Program-made: the position numbers and the translations under genes
Shown: positions 24,648-35,910 of the stretch, one piece after another
Layout of the letters: every line of letters starts with the position of its first letter
Numbering within the stretch: the first letter of the stretch is position 1
Notes under the pieces: model-generated
Told to the model about the DNA's origin: nothing
Seen by the model: the letters and a program-made list of their open reading frames with translations, nothing else
Databases searched by the model: none
Assembly: GCF_004010195.1 (NCBI RefSeq)
Contig: NC_057753.1
Location: 4,367,779-4,412,052, forward strand
Direction of reading: 5' to 3'
DNA length: 44,274 bases
DNA from: Chiloscyllium plagiosum
Lineage: Eukaryota

Positions 24648-24908
24648 CAAGCGATGGTCTACTGGTGTTATCAGTGAATTGTTAATCCCGAGTCCCAAAT
24701 AGTATTTTGGGCACACGGTTATGAATGTTGTCATGGCAGATGATGGAATTTGAATTGAATAAAATTCTGGAATAAAGAGTCTGTTGTTGATTCCAGCTGC
24801 TATCATTATGAAAACCCATCTGTTTCAGAAATGTTGCTTAGGGCAGACAGGGATAGGCAACAAATTCTGGCCCAGACAGTGGCACTGGCTTGCCATGAAC
24901 AAATAAAG
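24648..24908 (+). mobile_element. Second tRNA-derived SINE family, decayed
   Basis: ATGGCAGATGATGGAATTTGAATTGAATAAA and AAAACCCATCTG cores; the 3' tail resembles the LINE tail at 52-120. Confidence 0.55.
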
Positions 24909-25366
24909 CAAAGTAGCACATGTGGCATAAGCAATGAAACAAGTTTACCTCACTTGTTCACTGAGATACAGACTAAAGAGGTTAAAAAGATCTTCTGCAA
25001 AGAAAGTCTTCTGCACATCTATCAGCTTGGTAGTGGCATGTATAATAAAGTGATACATTGAATGGCAGAGAATATAATAATTTCCCAAACTTTTAAATAA
25101 TTACATGATTAGCTTCATTCATTGCTGTTTATCTAATACTCAATACACGATATCCTTTAAAATATTGAGCCAATCCTACTGAATTTGATTCCAGGACAAT
25201 TATGACTGTTCTAGGGGCTGGTCACAGGGTGTGTGAGGTGGAGAGAGGAGGGAGTTGTGGTGGGGGCAGTGCATCGTTCCATATGCTAGCAACTCATCAG
25301 ATGTAAATATTATTTTCCTTTGTTTTTGGTTCCGTTTGCCCTTTGATTATCGACTCTTCTGCGACG

Positions 25367-25642
25367 TTGGAGCAAACTCGTCTGAGGTACGAACTGATTG
25401 AAGTGTACAACATTATTGAGAGGCTTGGATAGAGTGAATAAGGAGCAGCTATTCCCCCTCGTTGAAGAGTCAGTCATGAGAGGACATAGGTTCACTGTGA
25501 GGTGCAGAAGGTTTAAGGACGATGCGAGAAAAGACAATTTTAAGCCTGAGGGTCATAGCAGTCTGGAATATACTGTCTGGGGATGTGAAGAGGCGAATTG
25601 CATCATATTCTTCAATAAGTACCGAGATGAGACTCAGCACTT
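25367..25642 (+). mobile_element. CR1 3' fragment, inverted partner of 25775-26048
   Basis: LRGLDRVNKEQLFPLVEESVMRGHRF (ORF 25398..25709). Confidence 0.8.
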
Positions 25643-25749
25643 TATAAATCACACAAACATACATTACGGAATTTACCGTTCAATATATCAATTCTGCACT
25701 GAAACATGAGAAATACCAGACCTTCTACCTAATCTTAATCGATAAGCTA

Positions 25750-27240
25750 TTGGCCCATAGACTTGAATGTTCTGAAGTGCTGAGTCTCATCCAGGTACTT
25801 ATTGAAGAATGTGATGCAATTCGCCTCTTCACATTCCCAAGCAGTAAATTACAGACTGTAACAACCCTCTCAGTAGAATCGTTTTTCTTCATATCGTTCT
25901 TAAATCTCCTGCACCTCACAGTGAACTTGTGTCATCTCATGACTGATTCTTCAACTAAGAGGAATAGCTGTTGCTTATTCACTCTATCCAAGCCTCTCAT
26001 TATCTTGTGCACTTCAATCAGATCGCCCCTCAGTCTTCTTTGCTTCAAAGAAAATAACTTCTGCCTCTCCGATATTTCCTAACAGGTTAAATTGTCCTGG
26101 TGAACCTCGCCTACATCCTCTCCAGTACAATCATATTCTTCTTGTTATGCGGCGACTAGATCTAGACACAACACTCGAGCTGTGGTCTCACTATAGTTCC
26201 AAACAACTCCAATATGACTTCACTGTTTAAAAAATGTATGTCTCGATGGATAAAGGCAAGTGTCCAAAATTCCCTTTTTCACCATCCTACCATCACGTCC
26301 TTCCACCGTCAGAGATCAATGCAGTAACACTTCAAGGACTCTTTGCTACGCAGAACTTCCTATTGTCATGTCATTCATTGAGTACTTACCTGTCAAATTA
26401 TTCATTCCAAAGTATAGCATCAAAATTTACAGGGTTGCGTTCCATCTGCTACTTTTCAGCTCATTCCGATAACATCAGCTTGTATCTCAAGAAACTGACT
26501 GTGAATCACCCAATCAACCTTTTGATCATTTACGAATGTACCAGTCCATCCCCCTACACCCACTTCCATAAATGCACTGTCTTTTTTATTTTAATAACAA
26601 ACAACAAGGGACCGAGCGTAGATCATGGGACATTATCGGACACTAGCTTCCAGTCAGTAAAGCAGAAATCTGTCATTACCGTCTATCTCCTCCAACACAA
26701 TCAATTTTGAATCCAATTTATGCAATTATCCCATAGTCCATCTTTGTTTGTCTTCTTAATGCGTCTCTTATATGGGACCTTGTCAAATGATTTGCTGCAA
26801 ACCATATAAAGTACATCAACTGCACTGCACTCATCTATATACTTGCTCACCTCCTCAAAAAATCAATCAAATTTGTTCGACATGACCTCTCTCTGATGAA
26901 GCCTTACTGGTTATCGATGACGAACCCTTGCTTCTCCTTTAGAATTTTATCTAGTGGTTTGCTTAACACTGACGTGACACTCATAGGCATGTAATTGTCT
27001 GGCTTACCTCTGCAACTCTTGCTAAGTATTAGAAGGGCATTAGCTGTTCTCCAATCCTCTGGCACCTCTCCCGTGAATTAAATATTTGAGGCTGTCTCCT
27101 GCAATCTCTTCCATTGTCTTCCACGACAGAGAGGGACACAGTTCATCTGGACCTGGAGATTTTTACACTTTTAAGCATGCCAATATATCCAATAAATTAT
27201 CCTTCTTTTTGTCATTTTGCTCAATTACCAGGCAGTCTTC
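25750..27240 (-). mobile_element. Decayed CR1 LINE
   Basis: CR1 3' motifs at 25775-26200 and RT remnants (FDKVPY, KSPGPDE) further right. Confidence 0.75.
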
Positions 27241-27261
27241 CGCCCTAATCCTCTGATCATC

Positions 27262-28190
27262 TTGTATGACTCTATCTAATCGCCTCTTAGCCTTCTTCGT
27301 GCCAATGAGAACAGGTTCAAGCCTCTCAGCCTTTCATCACAAGACCTTCCCTCCAGAACAGGCAACATCCTGGTAAATCTCCTCTGCACCTTTTCCAATG
27401 CTTCCACATCCTTCCCGAAATATGGGGACCAGAACTGTACACAATATTCCAAGTGTGGATGCACCAGTGTTTTGTATAGTTGCAGCATCTTATTGTGGCT
27501 CCGGAACTCAATCCCACTATGAATGAAACCTAACACACTGCATTCCTTCTTAACAGCACTATCCACCTGGGTGGCAACTTTCAGGGATCTATGTACATGA
27601 ACTCCAAGATCCCTCTGCACATCCACACTACCAAGAATCTTTCCATCGACCCAGTACTCTGCCTTCCAGCTATTCTTGCCAAAGTGCATCACCTCATATT
27701 TAGTTGCATTGAACTCCATTTTCCACCTCTCAGCCCAATTCTGCAGTTTATCCAAGTCCCGCTGCAACCTGTAACATTCATCCACACTGTCCACTACTCC
27801 ACCGACCTTAGTGTCGTTTGCAAATTTACTAATCCATTCACCTATGCCTGCGTCTAAGTCATCTATAAAAATGACAAACAGCAGTGGTCCCAAAACAGAC
27901 CATTGTGGCACACCACTAGTAACCGGACTCTAGGCTGAATATTTTCCATCAACCACCACTCNNNNNNNNNNNNNNNNNNNNNNNNNNNNNNNNNNNNNNN
28001 NNNNNNNNNNNNNNNNNTTTCCTACAACAGAAGTAAGGCTCACTGGTCTATAATTTCCTGGGTCGTCTCTACTGCCCTTCTTGAACAAGGGCACAACATT
28101 TGCAATCGTCCAGTCCTCTGGTACCAAACCTGTAGACAATGACGATTCAAATATGAAAGCCAAAGGCTCTGCTATCTCCTCCCTAGCCCC
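27262..28190 (-). mobile_element. Relatively young CR1 LINE ORF2 fragment spanning an assembly gap
   Basis: ORF 27276..27911 (PQWSVLGPLLFVIFIDDLD, SKFANDTK, HLEYCVQFWSP) and VPEDWTIANVVPLFKKGSRDDPGNYRPVSLTSVVG. Confidence 0.93.
27962..28017. other. Assembly gap (56 N)
   Basis: Run of N. Confidence 0.99.
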
Positions 28191-28199
28191 AGAACCGTT

Positions 28200-29760
28200 C
28201 CATCCCTCGTTCGACTCATTAAATATTTGTGTCAAAAGTTCTCCATTGCAAATTTCAAGAAATCCACTCAATCCCAGCTCTAAATAATATCCCAGTTAAT
28301 GTTGGGAAAGTTGAAATCACTTACAGTAATGATAATTTTGTTATTATTTTTACCTCAGTGAATTGTACACAAATATGCCCGTCAATTCTCCACCGAATCT
28401 CTGGAGTCCGCAATATACACCTAGCAATGTGATTGCCCCCTTTGCTTTTATTCCTGAGCTTATCCACAAAGCTTCATTCATACCCCTCCAAGTGCCATCT
28501 CCCCTTATAGTAGTGACTCGCTCTTTAACTAATAGTGCAAAGTCTCCTCTTCTTTCACCCTTCCTTTATCTCGCTGAATATATATATCCCAGAATGTTGA
28601 ATTGCCAATACTGCGCTTGTCTCAACCACATCCATATGATGGCTACTTTATCGCATTTACATAGATCAATAATCCCCCTTAATTCATGAGTTTTACATCA
28701 GTACTCCCAGTATTAAAGCAAAGACCATTCAGCTTTGCCTTAATCCCTTGGAAACTATTAAAGCTGCACTCCCTCTGATTTGACTGTATTATTGTACGAT
28801 TCAATCCCCTTATTCTGCCAAATGTCTATGTCCCTTCACTCTGCTGAATTAGTTTAATGTTTTTGGTCATTTAAACTAGTAAGCCATCCCGCAAGAATGT
28901 TAGTACTGCTTTGGTTCGGATGTGGATCATCGCACTTGTATAGATTCACCTTCCTCAGAAATGGTCCCAGTGATCAAGGAATCTAAATGCCTGCACAACA
29001 CCTCCTGCAACAATTGTGAGGCCACACCTTCATCTGCTCGATATGCTATTCGTGTGCTCACCAACACGTGCTACTGGGAGAAATCCGGAGATTACAAATT
29101 GCGAGGTCTTGCTTTTTAGTCTACTGTCTAGCTCTCCAAATTCTTGACTTATACGCCATCCCTCAGTCTGCCTTTGTGAATCGTACGAGCTTTTAGCATG
29201 TCCTCTGCCTTACTGCCCTCTCCTTTGAGGATGCCCTGCAGCTCTCCCCGGACATCCTGGACCCTAACAGCAGGGAGGCAACACGTCATGCTGGAGTCAC
29301 ACTAGCGGCCACAGTAGAATCCCCTATTAATATCGCCCTTCCTCTCTTGCTGCCCTCCTGTACACACAGGCAGCTTGTGATACCAAAAGCTTGTCTGTGT
29401 CTGCAGTCCCTAAAGGAACCAATGGCCTCATCAGCCTCCAAATTGACACATCGATTTGCGAACAGAACTGGAGTGGATCCTGAAATACCTGCCTGTTTTT
29501 CCTGCTCTGGCTTGTGGTCACTCGTTATCTTCCTTCTTCAGGTTTCTTCATCTGAAGATGACCACCTTTCTAAAAATGTGATCAACAATGCTCTCAGACT
29601 CGCGGAAGCTCCGCAGAGTCCTCAACCGCTGATCCAGCTCTGAAATCCGAGCGTCAAGGTGCTGCAGCTGAACCCCTTCCTGTACATATACTGCTCCCGG
29701 GCATTGGAAATATATATGACCACACTCATAGAGCAAGAGGAGCAAATCACACTTCGGTCT
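28200..29760 (-). mobile_element. CR1 5' region: ORF1 (leucine zipper, esterase-like) and endonuclease remnants
   Basis: LQHLDARISELDQRLRTLRSFRESESIVDHIFRKVV, CCLPAVRVQDV; APE remnants GVYCGL and VIIT.SDFNFPNINW. Confidence 0.75.
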
Positions 29761-30034
29761 CTCCCACCATGATTGAATCTTTTAAAGTTTAAAAGAATAG
29801 AAGCCAGTTTGTTTCTAGAAATAAACCAAACAAGTACCTCTGTTTATACAGTAAATTGTGAATTAATACGGTTTGCAAATACCCAACAGGACTTACCAAT
29901 CAACTCCTCCTCTTGGCCTCATGTGACTTACTGAACTGCGGTGTCTAATATTCTGCTGCTCCCACTTAGCCTTCAGATTCGTTTTGCTTTGCTCCGCCGC
30001 TGCCACTGCTGCCATTCTGAGTGTTGCATTTCAT

Positions 30035-30217
30035 TGTTAAAACTCAAGCAACAGTAGGTTAGAGTCCAACCGACTTATTTGGAAGCAGTAACTTTCGAAG
30101 TGCTGCTTCTTCATCGGGTGGCTGTCACAACCAGCTGATGAAGAAGCAGCGCTTTGAAAGCTAGTGCTTCCAAATAAACCTGTTGGACTATATTTTGATG
30201 TTGTGTGATTTTTAACT
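30035..30217. mobile_element. Fold-back element with a hammerhead-like core in each arm
   Basis: About 87-bp imperfect inverted arms (30035-30121 and 30131-30217); right arm CTGATGA-A-GAAGC-AGC-GCTTT-GAAAGCTA. Confidence 0.7.
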
Positions 30218-30221
30218 TTAT

Positions 30222-30345
30222 CATGAAGGTCTCTTGCCTGAAACGTCGATTCTTCTGCTCCTCAGATGCTGACTGACCTCTGTGCTTTTCCAGCACCACA
30301 ATCTCGACTCTGATCTCCAGCATCTGCAGTCCTTACTTTCCCCCA
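30222..30345 (+). mobile_element. Penelope-derived tail repeat
   Basis: GAAACGTCGATTCTTCTGCTCCTCAGATGCTG...CTCCAGCATCTGCAGTCC, same family as 5130-5240, 21622-21716 and 37572-37689. Confidence 0.8.
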
Positions 30346-32788
30346 GTTGATTAAAATCTTTCTCATAAGCCCGTATATTATTGAGCTAAAACTTATTTTA
30401 ACTGCTTTCAAAATACACGTATAAATCAGGAGACAGTAGTATGCACTCCAACGGTTATGTTGCTACGAAGAGCCAAGAGTACCATCGCTTTATATCATCA
30501 TCAGCAAAGTAGCCAACAAGATAATGGCGTGATTAGCTCTTTCCTTTTCTTGTTAACAAAATCACCTGGGACGATTGAAGCTAAGATCTAGATTGCAGTG
30601 CATTTGCAATGTGACTAACATGCTATATTGATACACACAGTTAATAGAACATTAAGGCATTTTGATATATTATGGAAGACAAAATCTTATTCAGACCCCA
30701 TTAGGTCACCTGGCTCCAAATCGAACATATTGAAACTATTCTACTGACAATAATCACATAGAATATTCAACCATTTGAAGTGTCAAATGTACTCTGAATT
30801 AAACATTGCACGCTGGACACGTGTGGCAATAAAGCTGTGCACATATACTTCCAACGTTACACCACTTTCTTATTACTGACAACTCTTACCGAGTCCTGAA
30901 TGGTATAATTCCATGACAGAGCCACCAAGAGGAATTGCTGGGAGAAAACAGACTTGCAAATTTTCATGAAAAATATGTAATTTGCAGAAGCATCTGTTCA
31001 TAAAAGAGCTAGTCAAAGTAGCCAAAGCATCGCCCTTTTGGAGAAGTTTTGAATTTGCATACAGGACGGCTTTCATCTTGTTGAATGGCATTACCACCAA
31101 TGCAAATGTAAGCACCCAGGAAAGCTATGGCACTTCAGAACAACAGCAAAATTGTATTCAACAGAAATATGTAATGTTAAGGCTCACTACATCTGCCAGT
31201 CAATCATTGCCATGAACCCATTATATCAGTGGCGATTTAATGTAGAATTTGTTGATAACACCACAAAGAAGACCAGCCACACTTTAACGACTTACGAACG
31301 TGGTAAAGGAGCATACAGGAATTGCGTATGTAGAAGAGCACAACCAGCATATAATAGAGAAACAAAGGGAGACTAAATATGGCGTGGAACAAAACTTCGT
31401 TAACATGCTGTATCCCTTCACCGAAATCTCCTGAATTGACTTGATCCCAGAGGCAGACTTTTGGTTTGACGTTTTTTGTAACGCCAATCTACATGGATTT
31501 TTGTTTTCGGAATCTGTCTATAATTTAGAATGAAGTGACTGGGCTTTTCAAACCTGTTCTGAAGTCTGCTAATCAGCATGCCTGGTTAACTTCACCTTTG
31601 GAATAAAAGTTGGTTCAGATTGTTTCATGGCATAGTACCTGAAAATAATGACAGAACCTTTACCTCCATAGTGAATAACTGCGATTTTCCTTAGTTCCAA
31701 CAAATGACTTGTTTTCAGCAGTTGTGCTTTAAATTGCTCATGTAGTTCCAGATCTAGATTATTGGAGAGGTAATAGCATCTTCACTTGGATATAAGGCTC
31801 ATGTGATTCACTTCACTTGGAAGTTGACTTCTACACGGGAACAATGGTAAGGTTTTCCTGTAAAGTTAGAACCAGCATTGTCTTCCCAAGCTCTGGAAAG
31901 CGAGAGGAGCATGTTTACAGCTCGTGAAATTTACAGCTTGCATTTCAAAGAAACCAGTAGATGGACGAAATTTAGATTTCACTAGACATTATAATAATTT
32001 GGGAAAGTTGGGCCGTGAAACAGTTGTGATGTGGAATTTTTCCAGGTTAAAGTTAAACTCTGAGTTAACCAACAAGTGTTAATAATAATTGTGAACTTAC
32101 TTTGGGTGAAATCAACATCTACTTTAATGTCCGTGTGATAAGTATATGAGATCTTCACTTCTCTCTGGTATGCTAAAAGTAAGAAGAGGTGCCTTTGATT
32201 TGTTTTTAGATAGTGGTTTTGGTTATTGTTTCTATAACATGCATTTAAACGTTAATATTATGTCCTATGATCTGTTATGCTGTTAACTGGAAGATTGAAA
32301 TTAATTTGAAACTTACTGCTTTCCTCAACAGTTGTTACTGCTTTGAAAGTTAGCAAATCAGTTCGAGAAAGGTGCCCAGGTGTATTAGTTAAATAGTGGC
32401 CTTTGTCAATGAGAGAGCAGAATCGCTGGTGCATGGGCTATATTTCAGGATAAGCATGAGTCGAACTTTGCATTAGGAAGAAGACAGCAGATTTGCTAAT
32501 GCTGCTTTTTAGATCAACAAAGCATTTCAATTAATATCAAGTTTATAGCTTACAACCCAGATGCTCTTGACAAATACAGTGCATCTCTTGTCATTATTCC
32601 AGCGTCCATTGGGAAATGTAAACTTCTGGAAGTGCTAAATACAAAACTCATTAAACAGTGTTTTCTTCATTTTTCAATTAAAATGTGTGACAAACATTCT
32701 GATAGACGACATAGCCATGAAATTCGCGCTGATTGACACAACTCGTTTGCCTGTTGAAATTACTGTTATTAATGTTGACGGCATTCTG

Positions 32789-32828
32789 GCCTAATTGAAT
32801 CAGTGGGGAGTTGCACGCAGTATAAGAG
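32789..32828 (+). promoter_or_regulatory. Putative proximal promoter of gene C: homeodomain site, O/E-like site, TATA
   Basis: GCCTAATTG-AA-TCAGTGGGGA-GTTG-CACGCAG-TATAAGAG; TATA lies 84 nt before the ATG; conserved with gene A. Confidence 0.6.
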
Positions 32829-32904
32829 GGGAATCAGTAAATGTTTTGGCACTGCTAAACAAAGTTACATCTACCTTCGAAGGATCTTCAAAGAACATTG
32901 GGAA

Positions 32905-32974
32905 ATGCATGGACAAGTAACTGGTCCAGTATATGCCATTTACTATCCTGTTCTTGCTGCCTTTGGTGTACCAG
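32905..32974 (+). CDS. Exon 1 of intact GPR139-like GPCR gene C
   Basis: MHGQVTGPVYAIYYPVLAAFGVP plus G, consensus donor CAG|GTGAGT; the phase-1 junction joins in frame to exon 2 giving GVP-ANLM. Confidence 0.88.
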
Positions 32975-33129
32975 GTGAGTCACTAGAACCAATAATCTAT
33001 TTTACATATCCTTTTGATCAATTTCTTTGCTATCATTTTATCCGAAGCTATATCAATGCAGTCTAATTCTCTCCTCATTCTCTAGCAAAGCGACCAATAT
33101 AGTGCAGACAGGCACAGCAAGCAACTCAG

Positions 33130-33565
33130 AAAGCAAACTATATGTTACCCTTTATCATTGAATTTCAGAGTAAATTAGTCCTTTTTTAATTGTTAATAAA
33201 ATGGTGTTGTGCACGTTTTATGTGCAGGTCTTTACCTTGTCTAAATATTGAATTGCCTCCAGCAGTAAGTGCAGCAGATTGATTCCAGGCATAATGCGGC
33301 AGCCCTGTGAAGGGCTGGTTGAGAATTCAAGTTTGCATTCAAATGATATTGTATTGATGAGAGGTGATACTATCGAAATTGTAATTATTATAATAGAATG
33401 AAAAGAGTAGATGCAGAAAGTACGCTTTCAGCGCAATTACCAGGGGCATTAAAGCATATACAAAACGCGAGAATACAGCCTTGAGGTAAATTATCATCCT
33501 TCATCACTTGAGTGATGCAGGTTCCAAAGTGCTGAACGGTCTACTCCTGTTCAAATGGCTATGTC
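33130..33565 (+). mobile_element. Highly decayed CR1 3' fragment in the intron
   Basis: AAAGCAAACTATATGTTA, GAGAGGTGATACTATCGAAA and GCTGAACGGTCTACTCCTGTTC remnants. Confidence 0.5.
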
Positions 33566-33889
33566 TTAATTAGTCTGGAAGAGAATTTGCATTTAAAGAT
33601 AATGTCCTTAATGATTCATGACAACGACTTAGTCACCATTCATTCTGAAATGGTTGTTATAGGCATTTTGGTTTTGTGAGGTGAAGATTATTGTTCAAGT
33701 GTTTCGGAATACATTTTAGAATCGTTGGTCAACCATTAGCGTTTAGAACTTAGATGTGCATTTCCTATTATTGCGACATTAGGGCATAGTGTTCAACATG
33801 TTTTTTCTCATGGCGACTGATGCCAATTTAGTGAGTCAAAGATCTCAACAACTGGAAGAGTTTTCGAGATTGTGCATTAGGAACAGAGT

Positions 33890-34550
33890 TACATAGAACA
33901 TAGATCTGCATGGGAGCAGGTCCTTTAGCCCACGATGACATTCTAACCTACACCCATCTGCCTGCACCTGTTTAGTGCATCGCTATTCCCTTACCTCTAA
34001 ATGCTTCATAAACTTTGCTGACCTATCTGCTTGTATTATCTTGACTGGCAATACTTCTAAGGACAGACTACCCACCGTAAGAAAAAAAAAGAATTGCCTC
34101 TTACAGGTCTTTTAAACATTCCCTTTCTTAAGTTAGACCGATGCCCCTGGGAGAAAGATACCGACTATACACCCTATCCGAGCCTCTAATAATTTTAGAT
34201 ACTTCTATCAGGTTGACAATCCACGTGCAATGCCCTGGAGAAAATAATCTAAGTTTGCTCACTTCCTTCCAAAAGCTAATGCATTCAAATCCAGGCAGCA
34301 TATTAGCAACCATCTTTTGCTCCCGCTTCAAAGCCTCCACATCCTTCTGATGTGCGATAACCAGAACTGCACAAAACCCTCAAACTGTGGCAGACCTAAA
34401 GTCTCACAGATCTGCAATATGACTTATCAACTTTAGAACTCACTGCCCCAACCAATGAAGATAAGCATACAGTACGCCTCCTCGACCACCTTATTCTTTA
34501 ATGTTGCCACTTGCTGGGACCTATTGACATGCACCCAACGATCCCCCATG
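33890..34550 (-). mobile_element. CR1 3' fragment in the intron
   Basis: EALKREQKMVANMLPGFE...LRLFS (ORF 34128..34340) and (CATAGAA)n tail. Confidence 0.75.
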
Positions 34551-34669
34551 AGATCATATAGTATAACGATGGCATTGCTAAAGAAAAACACATTTTTAAT
34601 CAAGAATCACATCTGTGTTTGGAAATCCAAGGTGTGCGTTGGGACTTTAGATCAACTCACAGTATATTA

Positions 34670-34855
34670 GAAAATAGAACATAGAACATTACAACGCAGT
34701 ACAGGCCTTTCGGTCCTCAATGTTGCAGTGACCTGCAAAACAAAATGAAACGTGCATCTGACCAACACTATTCCATTATCGAGTGACCATTTAAATGCCT
34801 TTATATTTAGCGAGTCTATGACTGTTGCAGCAGGGTGTTCCACGCCGTTACGACT
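34670..34855 (-). mobile_element. CR1 3' tail
   Basis: ATAGAACATAGAACATTACAACGCAGTACAGGCCTTTCGG. Confidence 0.65.
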
Positions 34856-35910
34856 ACATTGTCATTATCTGATAGTGCTGAAATTCTGACTTGCTGTTAT
34901 ACGATGTAAAACAAATCTGAAATATATAATCTAACTGTAAGAGAGTATTTGCTGGCTGTTTCGGATTTTTCATGACCAGATAAACCTGATCAGCTTCTGC
35001 AGTCGTGAGAGTGTGCTGCAATGTCGAAAATACTATTCACAGGTATACTTCATAACATCTAGAACTCGACTGCATATAAAAGTGTTCCTTATGCAACCCC
35101 TGACCGCATCTGAAGATTGAGAATCTTTTTACATTTCATGAAAACGTTCCATTTCAGATCAAGCAAAACAATTGAAACAACCCATTACTTGACATTCCAG
35201 TGGGGAAATCAATGTGCGTAGAACTTGTGTTCATACCTTCCGGGTTCAGTAAAAAGATAGATTTATGGATTAATAACCAGATAAATACGTTAATAAATAG
35301 ATGATTAAAAGAAGAGAAACTGTGATTGAATGTAAGTTCGGGATTTTTCCTGAAGTAATATTAAGAACACTAATTTGATGTAATAATTTAATGGTCGGTT
35401 CAGTTTGAAATTGTTTTAAGGTTTATTCAGATCATGTGCTGATACCAGCAAATGTAAATCAGTTTTAAAATTTCCAATGTGATTTCTTCAATTTCTTATG
35501 CTTCTTGAAACTTTAGTTGATCGGATGCTCTCAATGCCTGGGCATTGATGTGCTGATATGTTTTGCAACACTTTCCTTATTGTCTTCACTTCATTCATCT
35601 CTGCTGCACTCTTTGTGCAACGTTGATCCAACACAATTGTCATCTGTTTTCTGAATTGAAATTCCCTAATAAAGTACGTGGGATATATTCCTGGAAGCAT
35701 ATGTGTACATATTCCTAGAAACCTATATCCAGTGATGTTCATTCTGGATACTGGCATCAAGTCAACTTCAAATCTGCCAATGAGAACCCAGCTCATACCA
35801 AAAATTTAAATATGCTTTGATCTCACAAACGAAGGATGTAGCCAATTAATTTCAGGTAATCAAGAATATAGCTAACAGTTTTGATTAATAATTTTTTCAT
35901 TCATCTGCAG

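Noticed and set aside
27276..27911. 211-aa ORF as an active or domesticated reverse transcriptase
   Set aside because: Partial CR1 ORF2 with the catalytic motif altered (FADD to FAND) and truncated; the adjoining 56-N gap is shorter than the RT sequence expected there.
30913..30939. MTEPPRGIA resembling a fourth exon 1
   Set aside because: Not followed by the hydrophobic YY-containing TM1 segment or a donor at +70, and no promoter block; likely chance.
32803..33066. 87-aa ORF as a standalone gene
   Set aside because: It starts at GTG within the promoter and reads through the splice donor; only 32905-32974 is supported as coding.
35195..35207. O/E-like site TTCCAGTGGGGAA in the gene C intron
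   Set aside because: A single short motif with no adjacent TAATTG and no paralog support; expected by chance.
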